This document shows, piece after piece, positions 50,635-62,154 of a DNA stretch of 64,000 nt. The stretch is taken from assembly GCA_030390025.1 (NCBI GenBank), contig CM059437.1, positions 86,304,001 to 86,368,000 of the forward strand, given 5' to 3'. Each line of letters opens with the position of its first letter. Positions within the stretch are counted from its first letter, which is position 1. The stretch comes from Squalus acanthias (lineage: Eukaryota). Made by a program: the position numbers and the translations under genes. The notes below the pieces were generated by a model. The model saw nothing but the letters and a program-made list of their open reading frames with translations, made no database searches and had not been told where the DNA came from.

Positions 50635-51676
50635 GATGTGTTCAGTGAGTTCAAATTTGTAGCAGGACTTGCATTGCTTTGTGATACTTGACTTCCTGTT
50701 GAGTGCTAAGATTCCAATGACATGGTATTCTGCGCATGTTCATTTGATCTGGGACTGTTCTTTTGCAGCATTTTTTTTTTGGTTGAGTGTTACAATCTCA
50801 AAATTGTTTAGCTCAACTGCATGCTCCAATGCTCTACACTAGAGTGGGACCACAAGTCTGCACCTGTGATTCACATGGTGAGCACCTCACTGTAGTCAAT
50901 TGCCAGGAAGGTGGAGGAAAACTATAGAACCAGTGGTTCTGTTAAATAATTCTATCTCTTATAGCCCTTTCACCTACTTAATTGAAGCTGGGATTACTCT
51001 GCCTTCTTTTGGCACTTTCTGCTGAAGATCAAGGAAAGGCAAAGCAACAACAACTTGCATTTATGTAGCATCTTTAAAGTAGAAAATGTTCCAATGCAGC
51101 TGTAGGCTCTGCCACCGATGGTGGGGCGAAATCAGGGGGAATGCACAAAGAGACAGTCAGAGGACCAAAGCATGTGGGAGGGAACATAGGCTGAAGGAGG
51201 TTGCAAGTCTGTGAAGAGATTTTGAAGAGGAGGACAAGGATTTTAAATTCGGTGCATTTATGGACAGGGAACCAATATAGGTTAGTGAGGATGGGGATTG
51301 ATAGGCGAGCAGGACCTAGTGCAAGACATAATATGGGAGGTTGAGTTTCAGACAAGTTGGACGGCAAGGAGAGACGGCATTGAATCCCTGCTCAGACAGA
51401 ATCCTACAAATGGAGCCCCAGAGACATGGAGCAGAAAGTCTGCCAAGGATTGTAGGAGCAGGAGAAGCTGGTGTTAATGATCACTAAGGCTATATGATGA
51501 ATATCGGTGTTTTCTGTTGCAATAAATGTTGCAAAACTCCTATGGCTTCATATTACACTATCCTTTTTTTTGTTCTGTGTAATCAAAGCACTGAGGGGAT
51601 CCTCTTCGTGTTTTGTCATTGAAATCCTTTTTTACATGTTTGAATGACTGAAGATAGAATACCTCAAAAGCTAGTA

Positions 51677-52113
51677 CAGTGAAACCTGTAAATTAGACAC
51701 CTTGGGGACTGGCATCAGCTGTTCTTTTTTTGCAGATGTCCTTATTTTCAAAATGATCATTGTATATACTGTATAAAAACAAAATTCAGGAGAATGGGTA
51801 GTTCTTTACACAGCATCCATAGCGGCAGAGAAACCGCTCTATCCATGGGGTAGAGCCTTGCAAGCTTTTAATCCCAGAGATAGAGAAGTTTCTCTGCCAC
51901 TTTGGATGCTGGGTAAAGAGTTCCCCATTCCACAAAAGCCGTTGCTTTCACAAAACCCACTACCACCTCGTGTTTTAAGTTGTAAAAGGTCTTGGTGCGT
52001 TGAAGGTAGTTCGTAATTTGCGAGTGTCAGTGGTTTCAGAGTGCCTCTTGTATCTTTTAACCACGCAGGTTATTGGGGGTCTCAATAAATGTCCGTTTAT
52101 ACAGGTTTCTCTA
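51677..52113. mobile_element. Tc1/mariner (Tigger-like) MITE with an internal hairpin
   Basis: TA|CAGTGAAACCTGTAAATTAGACA ... TGTCCGTTTATACAGGTTTCTCTA|TA: imperfect TIRs with TA flanks; internal inverted repeat at 51792-51930. Confidence 0.7.
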
Positions 52114-52644
52114 TACTTTTATATGTTCAAATTGATAGTTTAGAGGCTTGAGATGTGTTAAGAGCAAAGAAAAGGATACTGTAAAGAGGTGTGCATGCAG
52201 ACAGCTTTTTAAATGTGTTGGTTCTCATGTTACAAACATTGTTTACCCAGACATTAATTTTTTAATGTAAACCACCATAAAAATGCTGCAATTAGTGGGC
52301 TTAAAGCTACAACATCACATTTATGAATGTCTGTAAATTATTCATCTTTGACCTGGGCTCTTCAATGTGACCAAATTCTTTTTAAAACTCTACAATGTGA
52401 AATTTTTGTTGCTGAACCTCCAGATGGAATTTATGGTGATTTATGCATAATTTAGTCCACGCTTCAGCTGCTCCTACTGAATTGTTCATTTGTTCATTTT
52501 CTCTGTCTGTCTCTCTGACTTTACTTGTTATAGCAACATTTCATTTATAATGTGCACGAACCACTTTGCCGAAATCGCCAAAAATTTGTCCAGCTTTACT
52601 TGGTGCAAGAAAAGATTATTGGTTTAAAAAAAAATTTCTTTCAG

Positions 52645-52893
52645 CTCCAAACACTGCAGAGTGAAAACACCAGCCTCAGGCGGCAGGTCACTACGAATAT
52701 CTATCAAGTTCCCACCAGTTCAGAATACCCAGGTCCCTCCAATCCTTCGTCCTTAAAACGGCGCCCGTCTGCACGTGGCAGCCGGCCTATGTCCATGTAC
52801 GAGACTGGTTCTGGTCAGAAACCCTATCTCCCAATGGGGGACGTCACGTACCCAGAGGACAGTATTGCAGGACTTCAGCCCTTCCCTCAACAC
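52645..52893 (+). CDS. GIT2: GIT2 exon 15
   Basis: tttcag| ... |gtaagt; 249 nt, phase 0-0; LQTLQSENTSLRRQVTTNIYQV...SSLKRRPSARGSRPMSMYETGSGQKPYLPMG...LQPFPQH. This sequence is diagnostic of GIT2 rather than GIT1. Confidence 0.96.
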
Positions 52894-53525
52894 GTAAGTA
52901 AATCGCCGTCAGCTCTGGTAAGCAACTTGTGCTTTTTTTTTCTCCTTTCCCTCTTTGTCCTAAATTCTGATTTTCTTTTCCAACTTACAAAACATTGTCT
53001 TGTGGTTTCTGTTCCTTTCTTCTATTACTCTTGCTTTTTATTACAAAACTAAGATTTAAAACAAACTTATTGAAAAATGCCTAATTGAATAAAAATGACA
53101 CCTAGAGCATGTTAACCTTTTGCCCGTAAACCTTGTTCCTTTTAAATGTTATTATTCCAAGACTGTTGTGCTAACATCATCATCACATTTGAATTGCAAG
53201 GGAATAAGGCCTAATAGACCTTCACCTAAACTTTTTAACTTGATTCAACCAAATGTCAATAGAGGAAGAAAGAAAATGCCTGCTTGAAGCACTAGATGGC
53301 ATACAAGTATTGTACATTGAGTTGAAATCATGAAGGTCTTATTAATCGTGTCCTTGAAACAAGCAGGTTATTTTGGCAGGTCAAAGTTAAGCTTCCCCAT
53401 GATGGTTCAGTTTGCATATGCACCACAAGGGGTGGTATTGAGCCAAAAGACCAGAAATATCTCCAATTCTATGCCTGGTCTGTGCCAAGTTAGCTGATCT
53501 CGGCCAAGTCATCAGTTGGAGTGGT

Positions 53526-53891
53526 GAACATAGGAATAGGAGTAGGCCATTTAGCCTCTAGAGCCTGTTGCCGCCATTCAATAAGATCATGGCTGATCTG
53601 CGACCTAACTCCATATACCCACCTTTGCCCCATATCCCCTTAATACCTTTGGTTAACAAAAATCTATCAATCTCAGATTTAAAATTAACAATTGATCTAG
53701 CATCAGTTGCCGTTTGCGAAAGAGTTCCAAACTTCTACCACCCTTTGTGTGTAGAAGTTTCCTAACTTCACTCCTGAAAGGTCTAGGCTCTAATTTTTAG
53801 ACACTGCCCCCTAGTCCTAGAATCCCCAGCCAGCGGAAATAGTTTCTCTCTCTATCTACCCGATCAGTTCCCCTTAATATCTTGAAAACTT
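53526..53891 (-). mobile_element. CR1 3' fragment nested in a family A SINE
   Basis: Tail gaacataggaataggagtaggccatt. A SINE head lies at about 53440-53525 and the SINE body resumes at about 53900-54110. Confidence 0.85.
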
Positions 53892-55016
53892 AGATTGGTG
53901 GATTTCAACTATCCCTTGGCTGGAAAGGTTCGCTACTCCTGACCAATGTTGGGTGACCACGGCGGAAACTCAGTTCACTGGTTATTAGGTGAGGACCGAA
54001 TTGGCCTTGGCTGTGGTGCGCTTTGTGGTTGAATAATTGATACATGGACGATGCTTTTTTGGGCAAGGTTCTAGAATCTGTGCCTGCCGGAGGAAAGGGA
54101 GAAAGCTGGAGAGGAAAAAAGTCAAATTTGCACAGCTTTATTTTTAACAATTGAATATCTTTGAAATTAAACACCCTTCTAAAATAAACTCTCCTATATT
54201 GAATTACCTTGTTAAATAACCTGATGACACTTCATTATCTTTGACTGTTTAGTTTCCCCTATTTACATAAACCATCGGTGCAAAGCCTCATTTAATCATT
54301 GTAAGCTAAATATGCAAATATTTTTCCAGTTCTGCCAGGTAATTGAACCATTATGAAAAGGATAGTATTTAAAGGTTTAAGGTCCTCTAGGTGTTGGTTT
54401 TATTGACACTTCTTCTATTCGTTCTGCTAATGCTGCAGGTTGGATCCCTATGTTCTGTTAAACTCACTACATCATTGTGCAAACAAGGAAAGCAATATAG
54501 TTATTGGTGATTTTAGTCTTTTTGCATGGTATAAATAAATTCTCCATTTTTGAATCTTTGAACATTAAGTTTTAAAAATGAATTCCACTAGTCGGATTTT
54601 AAGTCTGCATTTAGATGGAGGGTGGGGTTGGGGGAAGTATAAAATCTGCCCTGTTTTTTATACAGGCTATGTGTTGGGGAATGCTGGAATACAGTTTATC
54701 CCTTTTGATGAGGAAGAACTTGTACAACACCAGTGATGAGTTATAAAGTGAGAGAAATTGTTACTCTAATTGGATTTATGCTAAAATCTGGATTATGCCT
54801 AATTTGGCTGTTTTATTCGCCATTCAGACTGGGTTTGAGTTTGGAATACAAACCCATCCCATACTTTTCCAAATTTCTTTTCCACAGGCTTTGTATAGGA
54901 ATGATGGTGTTGCACTAAACTTCAACAAGCTACACTTCGTAAAGTTATTTGAGTTTAAATGCAGAACAACCCAGCGTTTAGCAACATTAGAATTTTTACT
55001 TTGTGAAATACTGTAC

Positions 55017-55150
55017 AGAATCATAGAGTCCTCCAGCGCAGGAGGAGGCCATTCGGCCCATCGTATCTGTGCCAGCTCTTTGAAAGAGCTATCCAATTAG
55101 TCCCACCTCCCTGCTCTTTCCCCATAGCCCTGCAAATTTTTCCTTTTCAT
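55017..55150 (-). mobile_element. CR1 3' tail fragment
   Basis: agaatcatagag..ggaggaggccattcggcccatcg..gaaagagctatccaattagtccca. Confidence 0.8.
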
Positions 55151-56699
55151 ATGTGGATTGGGGTAAAATTATTTTTGTTTCATTTAAAAAAAAAAATACA
55201 GCTTTATGCTTTGTATTTAATTGCCTTTAAGTTCGTAAAATCAAGTGTTTCATTGGTAGCCCAGTGTAAAACTTGGTTACCACAGCAATTTGTTCCAAAC
55301 CACCACTGAAGTCCTATTGTTTGAATTGAACCAGACTGAACTGGAGGTAAATGGGCCTCATTGACTAAATACATCCTTCTGATTTTTACTTAAAAAAAAA
55401 AAAAAAAATCCTTGCTGGTTTATTAAATAAGCATTATTATAAATCACCAAAATGTGTCTCATTCTTAGTCATTAACTTAATTTTAAGAGTTGCATGCAGA
55501 ATTTTTTTTCAGTGAAGTCTTGTTGCTTTTAAATGTCGACTTGTTGACTTATTTTGTTTGTAGGTATGCCAAGTAACAACCTTAACACCTGAAATGTACT
55601 AAATTTGATTCTTGAATCTGAACTTGTTGAAAGAATTGTGCCTTGTAAAATAGTCATTTTTCCATCATCTATCCTTCAAATCTGCTAATTAACATCAAGA
55701 CATTATGTTACACATCATAGTTTGAATTTCCTTGCTTCGTTAATGTGTCAGTAGAGGTAGCAGGTGCTTTTGTGAAATCATGAGCATTATTGCAGGAATG
55801 GGAAGTGTGCCCTCCTTGGGTTTGTTGTGCTCAGTACTCCTGTGATTTTTTTAGATGCTGTAGTATTTCTTAAAAGTAGAAATAGATGAACTAGCATTTA
55901 AAAAAATTAATCTCAACATGATGAGGTCATTTTTAAATAAACCATTTATTCATTTTTTGCTATTCCAAAAAGTACAAATTAAGTGCAGTCAGACCAGTCT
56001 ATCTACTACGTCCAGGTTGTCTCGGTGTGCAGGTGGTTTTTAAAGGAGACGTTTGCATCAGAATTCCTACAGCTTCTGATTCTTTCATTGGTTTCCATTT
56101 TGTTCTTTGAAACCACTGGTCAGGAATAAACATTTTGTATATTGTCCTGTCTTCAGTTGCAGCATAACTTTTCCCATCAGTGACATTATAGAGCCAATCA
56201 TGATGATACCAAAGAGAGGATTACACACAAAATGTGTGTTCCCATCATGTTTCTAACCAAACAGAAAAACAAGGAAGAGATTGATAGATGCCAGGAAACG
56301 GGGCTACATGTGTCTTTAAGAGCTTTGAGTTAATTCAGAGGAATATACTTCACTTTTTAGTAAGTGCATTTGATGGGCAGAACTTTGGATGGATGAGAGA
56401 AACCAATTTGTACTGTTTTAATTGGCAAATTGTTCATATCGTCTTTGCAATATTATCAATTCTACTGGTAACCATACCAAGTACGGCAACCTATTCAGTT
56501 AAACTGAGGTTTGTTCACTATGTTTTGAAATCTGTTTGCAATTTAGTTTTTTTTAAACCCAGTAAAAACTTTTATCAGATAAAGTCCTGACATATAAACT
56601 TGGCATACCTATATGTTTACAGTTTGTGGGGTCATTCTCTCCTGTTGTGTTTTACTTATGTTTAATTTTTGCCCGAGTGTTTCTTCTTTCCCCTTTCAG

Positions 56700-56789
56700 A
56701 TTGGGAGGAGTGCCTTTGTGACCTCCTCTTCATCTTTACCTTCCTTCCCTTCCACGCTTTCCTGGTCCCGGGATGAGAACACCCGAAGG
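56700..56789 (+). CDS. GIT2: GIT2 exon 16
   Basis: tttcag| ... |gttaag; 90 nt, phase 0-0; IGRSAFVTSSSSLPSFPSTLSWSRDENTRR. Confidence 0.95.
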
Positions 56790-57139
56790 GTTAAGTACCT
56801 TCTCAGTTGGTCTGTGCGTAGGAGGAGGTGGTGACCATCTGCAGTGCCTGTTGCCGCCTCTTTCCCTCCTCTTTGCCCTTCTCCCTTCCCTCCATCTCTG
56901 CATGAATAGTCACTTTCACTGGAGTTTCTTTCACCCACTGTTTGCATATTCCTGATCATTCTTCTCTGCCTTTCACTTTTTATTCAGTTTATTAATCCTG
57001 CTTGCTCCCAAACCACAGGTCACATTGCACACCTAACTTAATTAGCCTTACAGCCATCAAAGCTTGACCCTTTGCTACAGCACAGGTACTAGATCTCCAT
57101 TCAAAAGATACCATCAAGCTGCCCTGATGATTAGTGGGT

Positions 57140-57500
57140 GAATTCACTGCCCAGTGTTGTATTGAGCCATATAGAGCAGGCACGTTCCAAGTTCAATCTC
57201 TGGTCCCTTGCTGTGTTAGCTGATTTCAGCTACAGTACAACTGGCCTCGGCACCCCTGGGATAGGGAGTGGAAATAATCAGCCTGAACTCCTGGTTGTTA
57301 TCTGACATATATATATTTTGGGGGGGGGGGGGGGCGGGGGTGAGGAATGTTGGGTGATGACTGGATTTAAGCTCAGCTGTGATGCACTCAGCAAGCAAAT
57401 TGCCTGCAAACACTCTGCCTGAGCTCGTGTGTGAAGAATGGCCACTTGGGCAAGGTACTGCAGGGCCCGTGGAGCCATACACCAGCACATTCAAGAAGGG
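57140..57500 (+). mobile_element. SINE family A copy (plus strand)
   Basis: gagccatatagagcagg..gttcaatctctggtc..gttagctgatttcagc..tgaagaatggccacttgggcaaggtac. Confidence 0.75.
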
Positions 57501-57549
57501 ATGCGGAAAAATTTGGAAAAGAAACTTTCAGTATAAATATAGTGGCTAT

Positions 57550-57950
57550 AATTATTTTTCTTCCCAATTTTCTCCCCTCCCCGCTCCTGCAGGCACTGAT
57601 TCCATGATGTCGTATGGTTCCATGAGCACTGGTCGCTTTTTAGTACCTCATATGGCCATTATGCATGTGTAATCCTTGACGTTGAACATTGGCGAGCATC
57701 GCAGCCAAACCAATCCTGTCATTGCCCAAAGTCCACACTTCAAACATGGATCGCTGGATATTGATCAGAAGCAAGAACCTTAGCTGGTATCAGATCCAGG
57801 CACGGAGGACATTTAAAGCACCCAACCTCCCTGCTGGCTGAGATCAGCTAAATCATAAATCATAGATCAGAGATCGAATTGGCATGATCTTCGTCTATAT
57901 GCCTCAGCTACGCACTGGATTAACACACACAGCCATCAGAGGAGCTCAGC
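57550..57950 (-). mobile_element. SINE family A copy (minus strand), tail-to-tail with the previous copy
   Basis: gtacctcatatggccatt..caatcctgtc..gctgagatcagcta..gatcgaa..ctcagctac. Confidence 0.7.
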
Positions 57951-60026
57951 AGTAATGGCTTACTCTTGCACAGAATGATGCAAAGGGGGAAATAACATTG
58001 AGCCATTTATACCAAATATGCTAATTGCTAATTCAGCAATTGATGGCTGAGTTCAGAAGGATAATGTGTGTTTTAAAAAGTAAAGAATATGTTCCTGGTG
58101 GCATACATGCGACACTTCTGAAATTAACAATTAAAGCGTATTGTCTAAAACGAATGCAGGGTACAGGTTTTCAGTGTTTAACATTCCTTTTCCACCCCCC
58201 ACAATCTAACTTGGAAATCCGATGTGCCTTTTCACTGGGTTAAAATTAGAAAAATGTTCCATTTTCTATTGCAATGCTATGTAGTGTATGCATATATGTG
58301 AATCGGGATCTTCATGCAACTTGGTTGCTGTACCATGAGGTGAAAGCTTTCAGAAGAAGATCACAGTTGACTTCAAAAGCTTGCTCCATTTTCTAATGTT
58401 GCTTCCATTACTAAGATTTTTTTGGACTTTAGTAATGCTTTAAATGAACTGTGACTGGCTGCTGGTTGAACAGAAGGGGTCCTTGAAAGAGCTCCCATGT
58501 AGCCTGGATCTGAAATACTGCCAATCATTTATCCACTAAAGATCTCATGGCCCAGTAGCCTAGTGGTGGTGATAGTGGCATCTTAAATCAGATGGGTAAC
58601 CATTGTCCGTGCCGGGCTTGTTTGATGCTTCATTCCAATAGTTGGGAGGAGTCTTGTGGTAATTGAGTCGTCATTGGCTATTGGGGTCCACTCTCATCTC
58701 CATGCAGATCCCTGGATGAGCTAATACACAATTTTTTTTTTGTTGAAAAATGTAATCCATCTGGAAAATCATTCTTGGGCAGACTATTGCTGTAAAGATG
58801 GTACCAGCCACCAGGTAGCACAGTGTCATTAGCATCCTGCCTAGAGCATGGTCTGACTTCTCTCACATTGTAGCATGTACTCACTTTTAAGTCTACTGGT
58901 TTTAAAACAAAAAAAAACGTTCTTCTTCCAAAGTCAGATTGTACGTTTTTAAAAATGAATTACTTGAAGGGAAAGCTGATTTGTGTTGAATGTTTTTCTT
59001 TGTCATGGTGCCAGAACAACGTCTTGATGAAGAACTGCTAATTTGGTTGAATTTCTTGACTGAGTTCCAAATAAAATTTTGCTGAATATGAACTTTGAGA
59101 AACATGAATGCACTAAGTCACGGGCAGCCCAGCTGCAAATATGTGCCTCCCTTTAACCCTGTCTTTCTCATCAAAATGTTTGCTCAAAGAATGTTTTACT
59201 TCCAATAAAATGAGAAGATTGCTTGAATTTATAAAAAAGCTGATTTTTTGTAAATAGTAAAATGCCTTTTATCATAACTAACAGGGGTGTCTCAAAATCT
59301 CAATTAATTGTACCAATATAAATTGAGTGTTATGAGGAGGCTTTGTTCTTAAAATTGGCCCTCTTCTCACGAGGACAATGTAAACTCCGAGCTGAGCATT
59401 TTTTAAACTTCAGATGCAAAGCTGCATTTTTGGCCTTCACTGTCTTATAAGAACATCCGAATCTGCTTTCACTGGGGATAATTTGTGCTTTGTAGCTGTA
59501 AGGTTTAATCTTTATCCAGAATTTTTCGATTGAGAAATATACCACTGTTTATAAACATGTTTTTGATGATGTGGAGTACAAGATAGCCCATGGAGTGCAA
59601 TGCAAAATCACTGTAGGCAGGAGAAGCAAAGACTCACTCCCTTTTACCACACCACATCCCTTCTTTCTCCCCACCCCTCCCCCGCCCCCTTCCAATCTAA
59701 TTATGTTAAAATTGTAACACAGCAAAACTTGGTCCAAAAGTCATGCAAATAACTTTGTTTCAAATTTATAATTGTAGAGTGAAAAATGGAGAAGGTTCTG
59801 CTTTTTAAGCATTAAATAAATGCATTTGTTTAATAGTTTAGTATTTTTAATTCAAAGCAGCATTTTTTTTTGTTACTGGTTTCAAACAGTATGCACGTAT
59901 CATTTTTAGTTCCTGTCTGAATCTGGATTGTATGTCACCTAATAATTGTCAGCCTATGTGAACACTTGATTCTATATCCATGTTACTATACTGTTTGTAT
60001 CTTGGGGTTTGTTTTAACTTCTTTAG

Positions 60027-60109
60027 GCGTCAAAACTCGAGAAACAAAACAGCATGCCAGACAGTGACTACGACAATGCAGCAAACGACTTGGAGCAGGA
60101 TGAGGCTGG
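60027..60109 (+). CDS. GIT2: GIT2 exon 17
   Basis: ctttag| ... |gtatgg; 83 nt; ASKLEKQNSMPDSDYDNAANDLEQDEA(G). Confidence 0.95.
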
Positions 60110-61035
60110 GTATGGATTAAGTATAGCACAATAAGGCACAGAGAAGTTTCGCACGATTACCTTTTATAGAATTAGTCGAGTTCAAAATGGCTTAGAAATA
60201 ATATCCGAACCCCATGCATTACTGCTTTGAAATTCACCCCAAAATAATCTTTGTAATTTAATAGCTATGGTAAAGGAGTTGAAGGACAACTTCTTGGGAT
60301 GTGAGTGGGGTGGAGGGAAATGAATGCATTTATGAAGTTACCATAGAAATCATATTGCAATAATGTGAACTTTCTACAGTTAGCCTAGTGGGAAATTCCA
60401 TTGAGCCACTAATATCACTTCCCACAAGTTTTTTCAGCTCGCTCTTGGTTTAATTATAATTTAAAAAAATAGAATATATGGTATCCACAAAGTGACATAG
60501 CATTAAAATGTGAGTGGAGTTCCGGTGACAAGAGTAAAAATACACAGTAACTTGAGCTACTAAATGTCAAATGTGAGAAGTAATGGTGGGTACCCATTTT
60601 TATCTTGTGATCTCAAGGTTTCCCTCTATCTCCCTTTTATGTATTTTTAAATGTTATGATTTTAGTGCAGTATGTTGTATCAGTGCCATGGGCTATCAGT
60701 TCACATACATTTATCAGCAAATAAAGTTCTAGATTGTGACCAGAGAGCAGTAATTGGAGACTGGGCTCTTTTTCCCATTGGAAAAGGAGCAAGAATCTGA
60801 GGAAGTGGTATCCCGCGAAGGCTATTCTTGTGTGCCTCTTCGAAATTGGTTAGAGTGGTATTGATTGAAGCCTGAGGGATCACCAGGCCGCCTTCCAGAT
60901 TAGATGGGAACAGAGTAGAAAATCCTCCCTTTGTCTTTATGCAGAGAGCACAAGCATCTGGATATTTTCACTCAACAGTGACGAAACAATATTTTCGGGC
61001 AGGCTATTGCCTCAGTGATGGTGGTTAAATATTAT

Positions 61036-61090
61036 GATGCGGAGATGCCGGTGTTGGACTGGGGTGGACAAAATTGAGAGGTCGCACAAC
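61036..61090. mobile_element. 55-bp retroposed fragment with a 13-bp target-site duplication
   Basis: GGTTAAATATTAT flanks both sides perfectly (61023-61035 and 61091-61103). Confidence 0.8.
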
Positions 61091-61859
61091 GGTTAAATAT
61101 TATCCAGGGTTGGTTTGATTTTTCAGCGCTAGAATGCTTTCAAGAAAAAAAGAGAAATTACAACATTTTGGAAATAAAGAATATTAAATTTATCTTTAAT
61201 GTATTTAGTGTTAAGATACAAGTAGAAAGTCACTCATGGAGATGTTAGAAGTTAAGCCCATTTTTGAAAGATGGAAAAGGCTGTTAGTACCTAATGGATT
61301 GATCCTCAGCCTGGATATACATTTCAAAGAGCTGTTGCACCCTATATACAGTAGTAGCTATTATCTTTGGAAGTAGCCCCACAATATAAATGACCCAGTC
61401 TACATGCATCTATAGCAGGAAACACCCTCCCAGGATGTGTATTTTTGCTGCCTCTGGGAGAGACACAGCAGCATTGCTGGCAATGGTAAATGTCTCAGCC
61501 AGTGGTGACTGTTATCTCCGGTTTAACATGGGAGGCCTGTATGGACCACCGTCTAACATCTAAGAAAGGTCCCGGCCCAGCGTGGGAAGTTGCAGTATAA
61601 AAAGGACCGATTTGGCACCATAAGAACAGGATCATACTATGCATAATATAAATGGAATATTACTCTCCTTTTGAAGCAAGAAAGTGTTCTCTCACTTTTC
61701 ACCGGACAATTCTGCCACTATAAATTGTAGACAAGGGTATTTGTGAATAATTTATACATTGAAAAGTGATCAGTCTGTTTGAGTTGCTACCTGTAAGAGG
61801 AGAGTATAATCCTCAATTAAAATAAATGACCTGTTTTGTTTCTTTTTGCCTAATGTAAG

Positions 61860-62048
61860 CTCTTGCCGAAAGAGTAAGCCAAAAAGTATAGGACGGCATG
61901 GAGAGAACCCTATACTGGAGCTGGACAATCCAGATGCAGAACCAGATTCCACACTCCCCAGCACAGAGGATGTAATTCGAAAAACAGAACAAATTACCAA
62001 AAATATTCAGGAGCTGCTGCGAGCTGCACAGGAAAACAAGCATGACAG
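61860..62048 (+). CDS. GIT2: GIT2 exon 18 (start of the paxillin-binding/FAT-like domain)
   Basis: tgtaag| ... |gtaaaa; 189 nt; SCRKSKPKSIGRHGENPILELDNPDAEPDSTLPSTEDVIRKTEQITKNIQELLRAAQENKHD(S). Confidence 0.94.
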
Positions 62049-62154
62049 GTAAAACTATGATTTTTTTTTTTTGTTTGTTTTGTGTGTGTTTTTTATACAC
62101 AAGTAGCACGTGAGGTTAACCAGCTCAGGAGTTGAGAGAGATGGTAGAGATATA

